Shown here in pieces: positions 12,001-28,335 of a DNA stretch of 64,000 nucleotides; positions within the stretch are counted from its first letter, which is position 1; each line of letters starts with the position of its first letter. The DNA lies in NCBI GenBank assembly GCA_050613775.1, contig JBODTK010000013.1, positions 558,001 to 622,000 on the forward strand. The letters run 5' to 3'. The translations under genes and the position numbers were made by a program. The notes beneath the pieces are model-generated. The model ran no database searches, was not told where the DNA came from, and saw nothing but the letters and a program-made list of their open reading frames with translations. This DNA is from Neocallimastix sp. 'constans' (lineage: Eukaryota).

Positions 12001-15000
12001 GATACCACTGCTTATACCAATAAAATAATTAGATGTACTAATACGGCTTGTACTCCAGTGGCAGAAATTAACGAAAATGACATCTATCTCAATGGTTATA
12101 TCGCAACGGACACTGCTAATCCTATAATTATATGTGCTGGTACCAGTAAGGCTTGTACTCCTTCCGCTGCTTCTGCAGCTAATGTATATTACGTCAATGC
12201 TGGAACTTATACCGATAGTACGAATGCCAGTTATAACTTAATAAAGTGTACCGCCACCAATACTTGTACTGCTCAAAGCGTTACCCTTGCCGGTACTGCC
12301 ACAGAAAACTTCTTTGTTAATGGTAATTATGGTGAAGCTCCTAAGGATGCCGTAAACTACCTTATCAAATGTACAGCAGAAAAATGTGAATTATTCAAGA
12401 ATCCTACTCCTGTTGATGGTGTGAAGGAACATTACGTACACGGTGAACCAGACACAGATAATATATTAGCAAACGCAGTAATTGAATGTGATTTGTCAAA
12501 TGCATCGGCACCATGTTCACCTATTACCGCATCAGAAGACAAGGATGTTTACATTGATTCCTATAACGTCAAGAATATTATTCGTTGCTTTACCACCCCT
12601 GGTTGTACCTCTGTCCTAAACAGTTCCACTAGAACTACATCGGCATACTATGTTAGTAAGGAAACAGACAGCAGTCTTATTAAATGTTATAATGACACTG
12701 GTTGTGTTGAGGTAACTCAAGAAGAATTAAAGGCTGTACCAGGAAAGAAGGTATTTTTGAATGCAAACTTTGGCGAAAATGCGGATAACGCAAATCATCT
12801 TATTAAATGTACTGCCGAAGGTTCATGTACTTTAACAGCAAGTGCCGCAACAACCGAAAAGACAGAATTCTACGTTAATGCCGATACGAACAGCGAAGGA
12901 AAGGACTATGACGGAGCCACTAAAACTGAAATTATTAGATGTGTTGCTGATGCTGATGATAAAAAAACTTGTGATACCAATTTAACAACCAAGGAAAATG
13001 ATGTCTTTATAAATGCCAATTTCGACTCAGCTACTCCATTACAAATTATTGTATGTACCAATGAAGATTGTACTGAAAAGGCTGCTTTTGCAGAGGGTGA
13101 AACAGCTACAATTGTATACTATGTTAATGCTGGAGCTTCCAGTTCCGAAAAGTTAACCGATACCTTAATTAAATGTGAAAGTTCGGATATTAAATGTGAA
13201 GTAGTCGTAGCTGAAGCAAAAGATATCTATATCAATGCTCTTGACCTGCAACTTATTATTTGTAAGGATGCCTCCACTGGATGTATGGCTGTTCCAAGTA
13301 CGGCAACGGCTGATAAATATCAATACTTCTTGAATTCAAGTGATTTGAAATCTGATGGCAACGATCCCGTTAACGGTGATCTCATTAAATGTTCTCCAAA
13401 TGACGATGGTACTATCATTTGTGAACCCGCAGATGGAGAAGAAAAAATGGTTTATATCAATTCATTTGATTCATCTACCGTTATTTCATGTATAAGTGGT
13501 ACAGGTTGTAGTGCGACTAACTCAACCGCTGAAGCAAACAAACCTCAATTCTTTGTTAATGGAGGAGATCTACCTGACGGTGATAAACTCAAATTGGACT
13601 TGATTAAATGTTCCATTAAAAAAAGTAGTGGTAAAGCTGGCGCTGTAGGATCCATTTCCTGTGATATTACTGACGGAAAAGAAGGGGATGTCTACCTCAA
13701 CGGTAACAGTGACGACCCAAATAATCAATTGATTATTTGTTCAGAAACTGATGGATGTATAGCTACTGCCGTTACCCTTGGTGATGAAAGCGAAACTCCA
13801 TCTGCAATAGATACTGCAAATCAAGAAAGAAGAGAAGCCGATGCAACACCAGAAACAGAAGCAAATCCAACAGTTTATACAATAACAGTTGAAGAACAAT
13901 CCTCATCCTCACCTGCTCCAAACTATTACCTTAATTCAGGAAATGAAGGTAAAGATAAATTTGAATATGCCCTTATTCAATGTGCTAGCGGAGATGGTGA
14001 TGCCGTCACCTGTGATCTCTACAAGGCCGATCAATATCAGGTCTATGTCAATAGCAATACTATTGATAATGCCAAGGTCCCATTAATCAAGTGTGCCAAG
14101 AATGCCTGTAGTAAGATGGCCAGTGCTGCCACGGAAACAAGTAAGGAATACTATATCAATGCTGGTGATATCGATGAAACTCCATTGAATTATGATATCA
14201 TTGAATGTGCCCTTGAAGATGATACTGTGAAATGTACCTGTAAGGCAGAAGCAGATACCACCGAAGGTGTCTACATCAATTCCAACTACTCTGAATCCGG
14301 TGACAATAACCAATTAATTCAATGTTCCTCTGATAATGGATGTGTTGGTTTGGCTACTTCAGAAAAGGAAGTAGAGTACTATGTCAATGCTGAAAGTGCC
14401 GATTTAACCAATGCTATTATTTTCTGTTCCAAAAAGAAATGTGCAAAACAAACTCCAGCTGCTGTTCCAATGTACTATATTGGTAAGGATGGTGATAATG
14501 TCGATGGTTTAATTAAATGTGTTAAATCCACTCCACCAGCACCAGCAACAGAAAGACGTAGAAAGAGAGGAGATGATGAAGAAAAATGTACATTGACCTC
14601 AGCCTTCACGTCCGAAGGTTACTACTTGAATAGTGGCTACAACAAGTCAATCAATCAAACCATCATTTGTGATTCCACTGAAGGTTGTAGTACCGTTAAG
14701 GTTGATCTCGGTTACTATGCCAATGCCGGTAATGAGGAAAAGAAAATTATCAAGTGTGAAAAGGAAGGAAAGGAGTGTGAGGAAGAAGACACCAAATCAT
14801 GTCCATTGGCTGAAAAAGCTGTTCCAGGAAACTACTGTTATGAAGATGGTCAATTGAAATTCTTCACTGCCAATAACAGTACTGCCATTACGGCTTCTAA
14901 ATCGGATGATACCTATGCCTTTGCTACCATTCCAAGTAATGGATTCCCAGGTATAAGGTCTGAAACCGGTTCCTTATTCAAAATTTCTCGTTACTTCATT

Positions 15001-17799
15001 AATCGCTTCTACAGAAGTGGTGTCATCATGATCGATAAGAATGGTAAATTAGTCGATTCTTTAGGTGGTGATACCTCTGATATCTCACTCTATGATTGTA
15101 ATGAATCTACTAAGGTCTGTGCTATGCGTCCAAGATGTACCTCAAATACCTACATGTTTGATTCTGAAAATCGCAAGGCTGTCTTCTGTAATGAAGGTAA
15201 CTTGGAATACGCTTCATTCACTGGTTATGTGGTCGATGGTAATCGTGTCACCAGTGGTACTAAACATCCATACATTATCCAATGTGAAAAAGGTGAAAAT
15301 TGTATCAGCCTAAAGCCAAAGAGTTCTACCTATTACGAAAACAGTGGCTATGACTCCACTACCAACAGTTTAATTCAATGTAATAATAGTAATTGTATGA
15401 CAGTCGCTGCTGAAGTCGGTTATTATGTCGCTCACGGTCATACTGATAACAATGGTGTCATAAAATGTACTACGGCTACTAACTGTTCTTACAGTCAAGT
15501 CAAGAATAAGGTGAAGTATGTCAATGCTGGATTTGATAAGAGAAATAATGCCATCATTGAATGTAAGGGTGGTAAATGTAATGTTGCCAAGGCTAAATCC
15601 GGATATTATCTCACTCATACCAGTACTCTTTTAATTCAATGTACCAGTCCAACTTCTTGTGCTGAATTTACTCCAACCGTTAACTACTATGATAATGCTG
15701 ATTCCTCTGAAAGTAGCAACACCATTATTAATTGTGTCCAAAATAGTAATGTCGTCACCTGTTCTTCTGAAGCTACCAATAATGGTTTCTATATGTCAAG
15801 CTTATCGAATGTCTTAATTCGTTGTAAGGCTGGTCATAAGTGTAAGACTATCACTGTCAAGAACGGTTTCTTTAGAGGTGCCCTCAAGGGTCTCACGTTT
15901 AATAAACGTTCCGATAACGCTCAAAATGTTCAAAATGTCCATGGACGTGATGATGGTGACTTGGAGAAAGATGGAAAGAGGATCAATTTACGAGATAATT
16001 CTGATGATGCCTATGGTATTATTCGTTGTGTTGCCGGTAAATGTACTGCCCTCTCCGCCAGTGAATTAGCTGCCATTCCAATGTGTGAATTTAACAACAA
16101 CAAGTGTTACATCACCCTTGAATATGCCATGACTAAATCTGCAACTACTTCTATTGCTGCTGGTAACATTTGTACTAACAGTGATCGTTCCGTCTTCTAT
16201 TTCGCTACCGATACCGTCGTTGTTAAGCCAAATGTCATTTCTGGTGTCACCTCCACCTATGTCTACACTACCACCAACTCTAACTGTCTTGAAGTCAACG
16301 ATTCCTACAGTGATATGTACTTCACTGTCGGATCCAACATTTACACTCTTGATCAAGGTAGTATCCTTCAATTCTACGAAACTGGTTACTACTTCATTAA
16401 TGTCGCCAAAAACGAACTTGTTAGTGGCAATGAAATTGATGCCTACAACGATGAAAATGTCAAACTCTACCGCTGTAACGGAAGTAGCTGTAGCATCATC
16501 GATAAACCAGAAGCCAATTCTTATTATGCTGATGTCAACAAGAGAATCTTGAAGTACAATGTGAATAATGATGTCTTCTCCTTTGCCTATGAAAAGGATA
16601 TCATCTGTATCTTTGCCAACAACAAATGTACACCAAATGCAGATTTGAAGAACCAAGAATTCTGTATCACCTACAAGGGTGAAATTGTTCTTGCCACCAC
16701 TGACATTAAGAACCGTGAAACTGGTGAATGTTATCGTGCCGGAAACATCAATAACTACATCTACGGATACTCTCAACATCTCTACCACATGAACCAATTT
16801 GCTGCCGAAATGGTCGATCAAACCGGTTTCTACATCATCAGTCTCTCCACCAACACCACTGTCGTCAGTAAGAACTATAAGAATAAGAATAACAGTATTG
16901 TTGTCTATGGATGTAACCTTTCCTCCTGTCGTGTCTACGAACCTGATGAAGACACCTACTACTACGATGCTCAAGCCAGAAACATCTTAAGATACAAAAA
17001 TGGTGTCTGGTCTTCTCCAAGTACTTCTGGATATGCCTACATTGCCATTGATCCAACGAACACCTATGTCTACAAGTTTGTTAAGAAGGGTGATGAAATC
17101 ATCATTCAAGGTAAAGCCAACTACGGATACTACTACACCGTCGATAATGAAATGTATCACTGTGATCAAGAAGATGATGAATGTAAGCCAATTGATGAAT
17201 CGGGCTACTACTTCACTAATACCGGAGAAGTCTTCTCTTGTGTCCATGATTCTGAAGGATTGGAAGCCACCGAATGTGTCAAACAAAACTGTGTCAATGG
17301 ACAATACTACTACATTGATGATGCCTACTACCGCTGTGAAGTCGGCTCTCTTCTCGTTCCAGTGGTTTCTCGTTACTGTTCCTACGATGATAACGTCGTT
17401 GTCAACTTCCCATTGGCCCTCACAGAAGAATTCCCTGATGAGATTAAGCAAGCAGTAGATGACATTCAAAAGAATAATAAATCTACTGCCGTTGTCAGTC
17501 TTCGTGGAAAGAACTACCTTGAAGCTGTCAGTGGTGTCTTCACCAACTGTACCTACAATGTTGAGGAAACCATGTCCTCTTTCGATCTCGTCTGTATGAA
17601 TAACTATGTCAAAATCGATGATGAAACCGATGAAATGAAGATTTGTTCCGTTGAGCAACTCGGTTATGTCGAATGTATGGAAGATGAAGATAATCCAGAA
17701 AAGTGTACTGTTAGTGGTGCCATTGCTTTATTGAAGCCATCTTTCATTACCATTATTATTCTTACCATCTTAGGTACATTTTTCCAACGTCTATTTTAA
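9060..17799 (+). CDS. Scaffoldin-like giant secreted Cys-rich repeat protein A (~2850 aa; fungal cellulosome scaffoldin family)
   Basis: Dozens of ~45-50 aa repeats Y(Y/L)xN(A/S)...L(I)xC...C and a C-terminal hydrophobic tail. The frame is open upstream of the TTG at 9538 to an AG acceptor (exon 9269-17799). An in-phase exon 9060-9103 encodes the signal-like LLGLLFIANRISAS. A candidate 5-nt first exon ATGAA|gt at 8477-8481 would give MKLLGLLF... (uncertain). Family assignment is from resemblance to Neocallimastigomycota scaffoldins. Confidence 0.88.
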
Positions 17800-18003
17800 A
17801 CATAGTTAATGATAATTAAGAATAGACTATTATAAATAATAAGAAGAAAATATATAATATATAATTTCAATAATTATTAAACAAAAAAAAAAAAAAAAAA
17901 ATAATAATAATAATTTATTAATTTATTTTAGTATAAATTAATATAATTATTTCTTCAAAATCAATCATTCATGGAAATAATTACAGCATTTTAAGTGAAA
18001 ATA

Positions 18004-18034
<31 letters not shown>

Positions 18035-20479
18035 GAAAAGAAAAATAGAAACAAAAACAAAAAGACTGGTCTTTTAAAAAGATTACTATTAATATTATAT
18101 TTCATTTAGTTTTTATAAAAACTTTAAAATAATTATTTATATTTAATGGAGAATTTTCAAATATATACCAGATAAAAAAGATTTAATAATCTAAATTAAC
18201 ATATAAGAAAAAATAAAGATACCATAGAAAATATATATATATATATATATCATTTTAATGATTTTTTTTTTTTAAATATATAAATATATATAATAAAAAT
18301 AAAATGAAAAAAATAAAAAAATTATAATTTTTTTATTTTTTTATTATTTTATTTTTTTATTATTTTATTTTTATATTCAAAATTACTATTACATCAGAAA
18401 ATTCAATTTATAATACAAGAGTTTGCAATATTACATTAAATATTCATCATTATAAATAATGGAGTAATGCATACATATAGATTTAATAAGAAAAATAAAT
18501 CATTAAACTATATTGAAATACAGTTTAATGATCCATTTTTTTTTAAAAAATTTGATTTTTATTAAAATCAAAATTTAAAATTAATCAATTAATATCATGA
18601 ATTTCAATGCCTTTTTTTTTATTAATTAATCATTTAAAATGATGAAATTAAAATTATATAAAAAGTATTCATATATTAAAGCATTATAAATGATATCGAT
18701 TAATAAAAAAAAAAAAAAAAAAAAAGAACTATTTTTTTTTTTTTTTTTTTTTGTATATCTTTTAAAGAAATATTATCGGTTTTATATTTAAACAATACCT
18801 TTAATTACATATAGCGAACTAATTAAAAAAAAATTATATAAATATAAAAATCATATTATATTCATATTAATTTTTTTTTTTACTTAATTATATTCATATT
18901 ATTTTTTTTTACTTTAGAAATCATATAATAATTTTTATTATAATAATAAAATATAATTCTATTATAATTTTTTTTTTTAAATATTTTTCATTTTTAAATT
19001 AGAAATCATACAATAATTTTTATTATAATAATATAAAATATAATTCTATTTTAATTTTTTTTTTTTTTTACATATTTTTCATTTTTAATAACAATATTAT
19101 TTTAGAATTAAATAATATTTTTCCATATTTATCCCAACATAATTTTTAATTAATATATTTTTAAAAATAAAAATATTTAATTAATAAGCCTTTATAATAA
19201 AAAATAAAAAAAAAAGTAAAAATAAAAATAAATAATTAATAAGCCTGTATAATAAAAAATAAAAAAAAATAAAATAAAAATAAAAAATATAAATTATAAA
19301 TTTATAAAAATATATATATATATTTTGTTTTAAAGCTTGTGTATAATCTTTTCTTATTTTATCTATTTAAAAAATAAAAAAAAACAAAATAAAATAAAAT
19401 AAAAATAAAATTATGAATCATAGATGTGGATGCCATTTCTAATTATGTATATTAAAATATTTTTTATTAAAAAAATAGTAGTAATAATAAAAATAATAAC
19501 AATAATAATAAAAATAATAATAATAATAATAAAATTTTTAATTAAATTGTTTAAATCATAGTTAAAATTATTTAATTAAAAAATTGTTTATTTTTAATCT
19601 TTATTAAAGTAATTGTTAATATAATATATATAATATATTATAATATTTAATTAAATTTAATTAATAAATATCTTAAACGTGTTTTATTAATTTATAATCT
19701 ATTAAATTTAATTTTTAAAACCTGATTTTTATTTATGATATATGGAACTTTTATGTGCTATATTTTAATTATAATAATAGAGTTATATCTTCTATTTAAT
19801 TTATTATTACTTTTCCTAAATAATTAAAAACTATTATAAATTAATTTTATTAGAAATTGGTTGTTATTAAGAAATTACATTTTAAAATTATAAATTTAAT
19901 AATATGAAATACATATAATATAAAATATATATATAAAAATATAATATCTATATTTAAATAATAAATGTATATTATATGTAAAAATATAAAATAAATATAA
20001 AATAATACATAATAATATATTATATAATATAATATAAAATAAGATTATTTAAGTTTTATTAAAGTTAAATATAAGAATATTATTATATTCTAATATAATT
20101 ATAAAATAACTATATAATTTAATATATATTATATATTATTTTATAATCTATTGAATTATATATTTATTTTATAATTTAATATATATTATAATATTAATTA
20201 TAATATAATAATGAATAACTAATAATATATTATAAAAATTTTTATTAAAAGATATAAATTTAATATTTAATAATTATTAATAAATATACAAATATGTTAC
20301 TACACATATTTGTTTTAAATCAATTTAAACGGTTTTGGATTGTTTAGAAGATGTGTAATGAAAAACTTTTATATCATTATTTTAAATCATTCCATTTATT
20401 ATTTATTTATTTATTATATATATATATAATAATAAAAATTTATAAATACTAATTATATAATTACGAAACTTCTATTTTC

Positions 20480-21440
20480 ATTTATTATTATTATTTATTA
20501 TTTATTATTTATTATTTATTATTTATTATTTATTATTTATTATTTATTATTCAATTATTTAATATTTATTAATAAATACTCTTTTTATTTTATTATTTAT
20601 TATTTATTATTTATTATTTATTATTTATTTATTATTTGATTTATTGATTTATTATGTATTATTATTTATTATTTATTATTTATTATTTATTATTTATTAT
20701 TTATTATTTATTATTTATTATTTATTATTTATTATTTATTATTTATTATTTATTATTTATTATTTATTATTTATTATTTATTATTCATTTATTTATTATT
20801 TATTATTCATTTATTTATTATTTATTATTCATTTATTTATTATTTATTATTCATTTATTTATTATTTATTATTCATTTATTTATTATTTATTATTCATTT
20901 ATTTATTATTTATTATTCATTTATTTATTATTTATTATTTATTATTTATTATTTATTATTTATTATTTATTATTTATTATTTATTAATAAATATTCTTTT
21001 ATTGTTTTTTATTTATTATTTATTATTTATTATTTTTTATTTATTATTTATTATTTATTATTTATTATTTTTTATTTATTATTTATTATTTATTATTTAT
21101 TATTTATTATTTATTAATAAATATTCTTTTATTGTTTTTTATTTATTATTTATTATTTATTATTTTTTATTTATTATTTATTATTTATTATTTATTATTT
21201 TTTATTTATTATTTATTATTTATTATTTATTATTTTTTATTTATTATTTATTATTTATTATTTATTAATAAATATTCTTTTATTATTTTTTATTTATTAT
21301 TTATTATTTATTATTTATTAATAAATATTCTTATTATTATTTATTATTTTTTATTTATTATTTATTATTTATTGCTTATTATTTATTATTTATTATTTAT
21401 TATTCAATTATTTATTATTTATAATTTATTATATATACAT
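20480..21440. repeat. (TTATTTA)n-based satellite with internal higher-order duplications
   Basis: Visible 7-mer array; recurring variant blocks such as AATAAATATTCTTTTATTGTTTTT. Confidence 0.9.
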
Positions 21441-21521
21441 AATAATAAACATTTATCATAAAACCCATTTTTAACTTCTAATATTAATATTTAATATTTA
21501 TTATTTATTAATTATTATTAA

Positions 21522-21635
21522 TGTTAGAATATGTGAAATATATAAGTATCAAGTGTATTTATAATGTATTAACACATATTGTATTAAATTAAATCTATAA
21601 GCCACATATTATTCATATAAATACATGTAAACTCC
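21522..21635 (+). mobile_element. Truncated copia-family LTR (5' part)
   Basis: TGTTAGAAT start, TAAGCCACA (21598), TATAAATA. Confidence 0.55.
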
Positions 21636-21884
21636 CTTATTTATTATTTATTATTTATTAATAAATATTATTATTATTTATTATTAATTATTTATTATTT
21701 ATTTTTTATTATTAATTATTTATTATTTATTATTTATTATTTATTTATTAATTATTTATTTATTTATTATTTATTTATTTACTATTCATAATTTATTATT
21801 TATTTATTATTTATTTATTTATTCATTATTTAATAATTATTAATTATTCATTTATTCATTATTTATTATTTATTACTAAAGATT

Positions 21885-22000
21885 TGTTAGAATAGTGAAA
21901 TAAATGTGAAATATACGTCAAATGTATTGAAATGTATTGTAATATATGTAATGTATGAGCCACAATGTATTAATATAAAAGCATGTAAATTTATTAAATT
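21885..22000 (+). mobile_element. Truncated copia-family LTR (5' part)
   Basis: TGTTAGAAT start; TGAGCCACAATGTATTAATATAAAAGCAT is near-identical to the reverse complement of 422-450. Confidence 0.6.
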
Positions 22001-22006
22001 TAATAT

Positions 22007-22729
22007 TTGCAGGATTATTCAACAAGAAAGAACCAACAAGTGCCAACAAGTGCTCAACAAATCAGATGGTGTTTAGCTGTAAATCTTTTAGGTGTAGAAA
22101 TTCGATATGAACCTGGCAAAAAGAATGTTGTGGCTGATGCTCTTTCTCAAATGAAAAGTATAAATGATAAGAAAATATTGGCAACAAAACTCTCTTCAAA
22201 AGTTGACAAATCTTTATTATCTAGAGTTGTAAAAGAATTTTTGGAAGAAAAAATTTCAACAATTGATGGAATTGAATACTTTGTAGATGGAAATACTTAT
22301 AGGAAATTAATTTCTGATATTAATGAAAAGGTCAAACTTATTCTTGAAGCTCACTGCATAGGACATGAAGGGTATAATAAAACTTACCAACGATTACGAA
22401 AATGCTACTATTGGAATAATATGGTAAACGATATTAAAAGAATAATTTCAAAATGCCAACAATGTCAGTTAAGTAGACCCAAAACATACCCAGAACCAAT
22501 AGAAGATATTCCTACGAAAGTTGAAGGACCCTTCACACGTTTAGATTTAGATATAATTGGACCTCTAGAGAAAACATCAAACAATAATAAATATATTTTG
22601 GTAATCGTGGACTTCTTTACTAAATGGGTAGAAGATGAACCAACTGAAAATGTAACTTCAAAAGATGTAATAAAATTTTTAATTAATGCATTCTCTCGTC
22701 ATAGTGTGCCTCAAACAATTACATTTAAA
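22007..22729 (+). mobile_element. Ty3/gypsy-type pol fragment (end of RNase H, integrase HHCC domain and start of the catalytic core)
   Basis: IRYEPGKKNVVADALS; H..GHEG..KTYQRLRKCYYWNNM..CQQC; DIIGPL..YILVIVDFFTKW; truncated by the LTR starting at 22730. Confidence 0.9.
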
Positions 22730-25090
<2,361 letters not shown>

Positions 25091-25195
25091 ATTATTCAAA
25101 ACTTTTCTTTTATCAATCCAAGCAATCAAACAATCAATATTTATTATTTGTTTCAAATTAATAAGAAAATGTAAATCATTTTTTATACTATAATC

Positions 25196-25237
<42 letters not shown>

Positions 25238-25612
25238 AAATAAAATAAACTAATATTTTATTTTTTTGGCACAGATTTGGACATTAAATATATGACCAAT
25301 TATTTTAATTTTAATCAATCGTTTTTTTATATTAATTTATTAATTTATAAATTTGTTATATTGATCATAACATATTCATTTTTATATAAATAATTATTGA
25401 ATATCACAATTACTAGAAGTATATTTAAAATATATAAAATATTCAGTATATATAAATATATAAATATTCAATATACATACATATATATATATATATGTAC
25501 AGAAGAAGAAATATTCAATATTATAAAATTGAAAATAATAATTTTATCTTTATACTAATTATTTTTTTAATTTTATTATTTTAATGAAGCAAATAATGTT
25601 ATGATAAAAAAA

Positions 25613-28335
25613 AAAAAAATAAAAATAAAATAAATAGTAGAATATTAAATATAAAGTACAAATTGAATAAAATAAAATAAAATAAAATAAAATAAAATAA
25701 AATAAATAGTAGAATATTAAATATAAAGTACAAATTGAATAAAATAAAATAAAATAAAATAAAATAAATAGTAGAATATTAAATATAAAGTACAAATTGA
25801 ATAAAATAAAATAAAATAAAATAAAATAAAATAAAATAAAATAAAATAAAATAAAATAAAATAAAATAAAATAAATAGTAGAATATTAAATATAAAGTAC
25901 AAATTGAATAAAATAAAATAAAATAAAATAAAATAAAATAAAATAAATAGTAGAATATTAAATATAAAGTACAAATTGAATAAAATAAAATAAAATAAAA
26001 TAAAATAAAATAAAATAAATAGTAGAATATTAAATATAAAGTACAAATTGAATAAAATAAAATAAAATAAAATAAAATAAAATAAAATAAAATAAAATAA
26101 AATAAAATAAAATAAATAGTAGAATATTAAATATAAAGTACAAATTGAATAAAATAAAATAAAATAAAATAAAATAAAATAAAATAAATAGTAGAATATT
26201 AAATATAAAGTACAAATTGAATAAAATAAAATAAAATAAAATAAAATAAAATAAAATAAAATAAAATAAAATAAAATAAAATAAAATAAAATAAAATAAA
26301 ATAAAATAAAATAAATAGTAGAATATTAAATATAAAGTACAAATTGAATAAAATAAAATAAAATAAAATAAAATAAAATAAAATAAAATAAAATAAAATA
26401 AAATAAAATAAAATAAAATAAAATAAAATAAGATAAAATAAAATAAAATAAAATAAAATAAATAGTAGAATATTAAATATAAAGTACAAATTGAATAAAA
26501 TAAAATAAAATAAAATAAAATAAAATAAAATAAATAGTAGAAATATGAATATAAAGTACAGATTTAATAAAATAAAATAAAATAAAATAAAATAAAATAA
26601 AATAAAATAAAATAAAATAAAATAAAATAAAATAAAATAAATAGTATAATATTAAATATAAAGTACAAATTGAATAAAATAAAATAAAATAAAATAAAAT
26701 AAAATAAAATAAAATAAAATAAAATAAAATAAAATAAAATAAAATAAAATAAAATAAAATAAAATAAAATAAAATAAAATAAAATAAAATAAAATAAAAT
26801 AAATAGTAGAATATTAAATATAAAGTACAAATTGAATAAAATAAAATAAAATAAAATAAGATAAAATAAAATAAAATAAAATAAAATAAATAGTAGAATA
26901 TTAAATATAAAGTACAAATTGAATAAAATAAAATAAAATAAAATAAAATAAAATAAAATAAAATAAAATAAAATAAAATAAAATAAAATAAATAGTAGAA
27001 ATATGAATATAAAGTACAGATTTAATAAAATAAAATAAAATAAAATAAAATAAAATAAATAGTAGAATATTAAATATAAAGTACAAATTGAATAAAATAA
27101 AATAAAATAAAATAAAATAAAATAAAATAAATAGTAGAATATTAAATATAAAGTACAAATTGAATAAAATAAAATAAAATAAAATAAAATAAAATAAAAT
27201 AAAATAAAATAAAATAAAATAAAATAAATAGTAGAATATTAAATATAAAGTACAAATTGAATAAAATAAAATAAAATAAAATAAAATAAAATAAAATAAA
27301 ATAAAATAAAATAAAATAAAATAAAATAAAATAAATAGTAGAATATTAAATATAAAGTACAAATTGAATAAAATAAAATAAAATAAAATAAAATAAAATA
27401 AAATAAATAGTAGAATATTAAATATAAAGTACAAATTGAATAAAATAAAATAAAATAAAATAAAATAAAATAAAATAAAATAAAATAAAATAAAATAAAA
27501 TAAAATAAAATAAAATAAAATAAAATAAATAGTAGAATATTAAATATAAAGTACAAATTGAATAAAATAAAATAAAATAAAATAAAATAAAATAAAATAA
27601 AATAAATAGTAGAATATTAAATATAAAGTACAAATTGAATAAAATAAAATAAAATAAAATAAAATAAAATAAAATAAATAGTAGAATATTAAATATAAAG
27701 TACAAATTGAATAAAATAAAATAAAATAAAATAAAATAAAATAAAATAAAATAAAATAAATAGTAGAATATTAAATATAAAGTACAAATTGAATAAAATA
27801 AAATAAAATAAAATAAAATAAAATAAAATAAAATAAATAGTAGAATATTAAATATAAAGTACAAATTGAATAAAATAAAATAAAATAAAATAAAATAAAA
27901 TAAAATAAATAGTAGAATATTAAATATAAAGTACAAATTGAATAAAATAAAATAAAATAAAATAAAATAAAATAAAATAAATAGTAGAATATTAAATATA
28001 AAGTACAAATTGAATAAAATAAAATAAAATAAAATAAAATAAAATAAAATAAAATAAAATAAAATAAAATAAAATAAAATAAAATAAAATAAAATAAAAT
28101 AAAATAAAATAAAATAAAATAAAATAAAATAAAATAAAATAAAATAAAATAAAATAAAATAAAATAAAATAAAATAAAATAAAATAAAATAAAATAAAAT
28201 AAAATAAAATAAAATAAAATAAAATAAAATAAAATAAAATAAAATAAAATAAAATAAAATAAAATAAAATAAAATAAAATAAAATAAAATAAAATAGTAG
28301 AACATTGAATATAATTATGGTATAGTTTGAATAAA
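25613..28335. repeat. Compound minisatellite: ~28 copies of TAAATAGTAGAATATTAAATATAAAGTACAAATTGAA separated by variable (TAAAA)n tracts
   Basis: Counted by eye; variant units at ~26535, ~26641, ~26992 and a degenerate terminal unit at ~28294. Confidence 0.95.

Noticed and set aside
14083..17658. Long antisense and alternate-frame ORFs inside scaffoldin A (and 46194-48444 in B)
   Set aside because: Shadow ORFs explained by the codon bias of the real gene.
25613..28335. CRISPR array
   Set aside because: Spacers are only (AAAAT)n of varying length rather than unique sequences; no cas genes; eukaryotic context.
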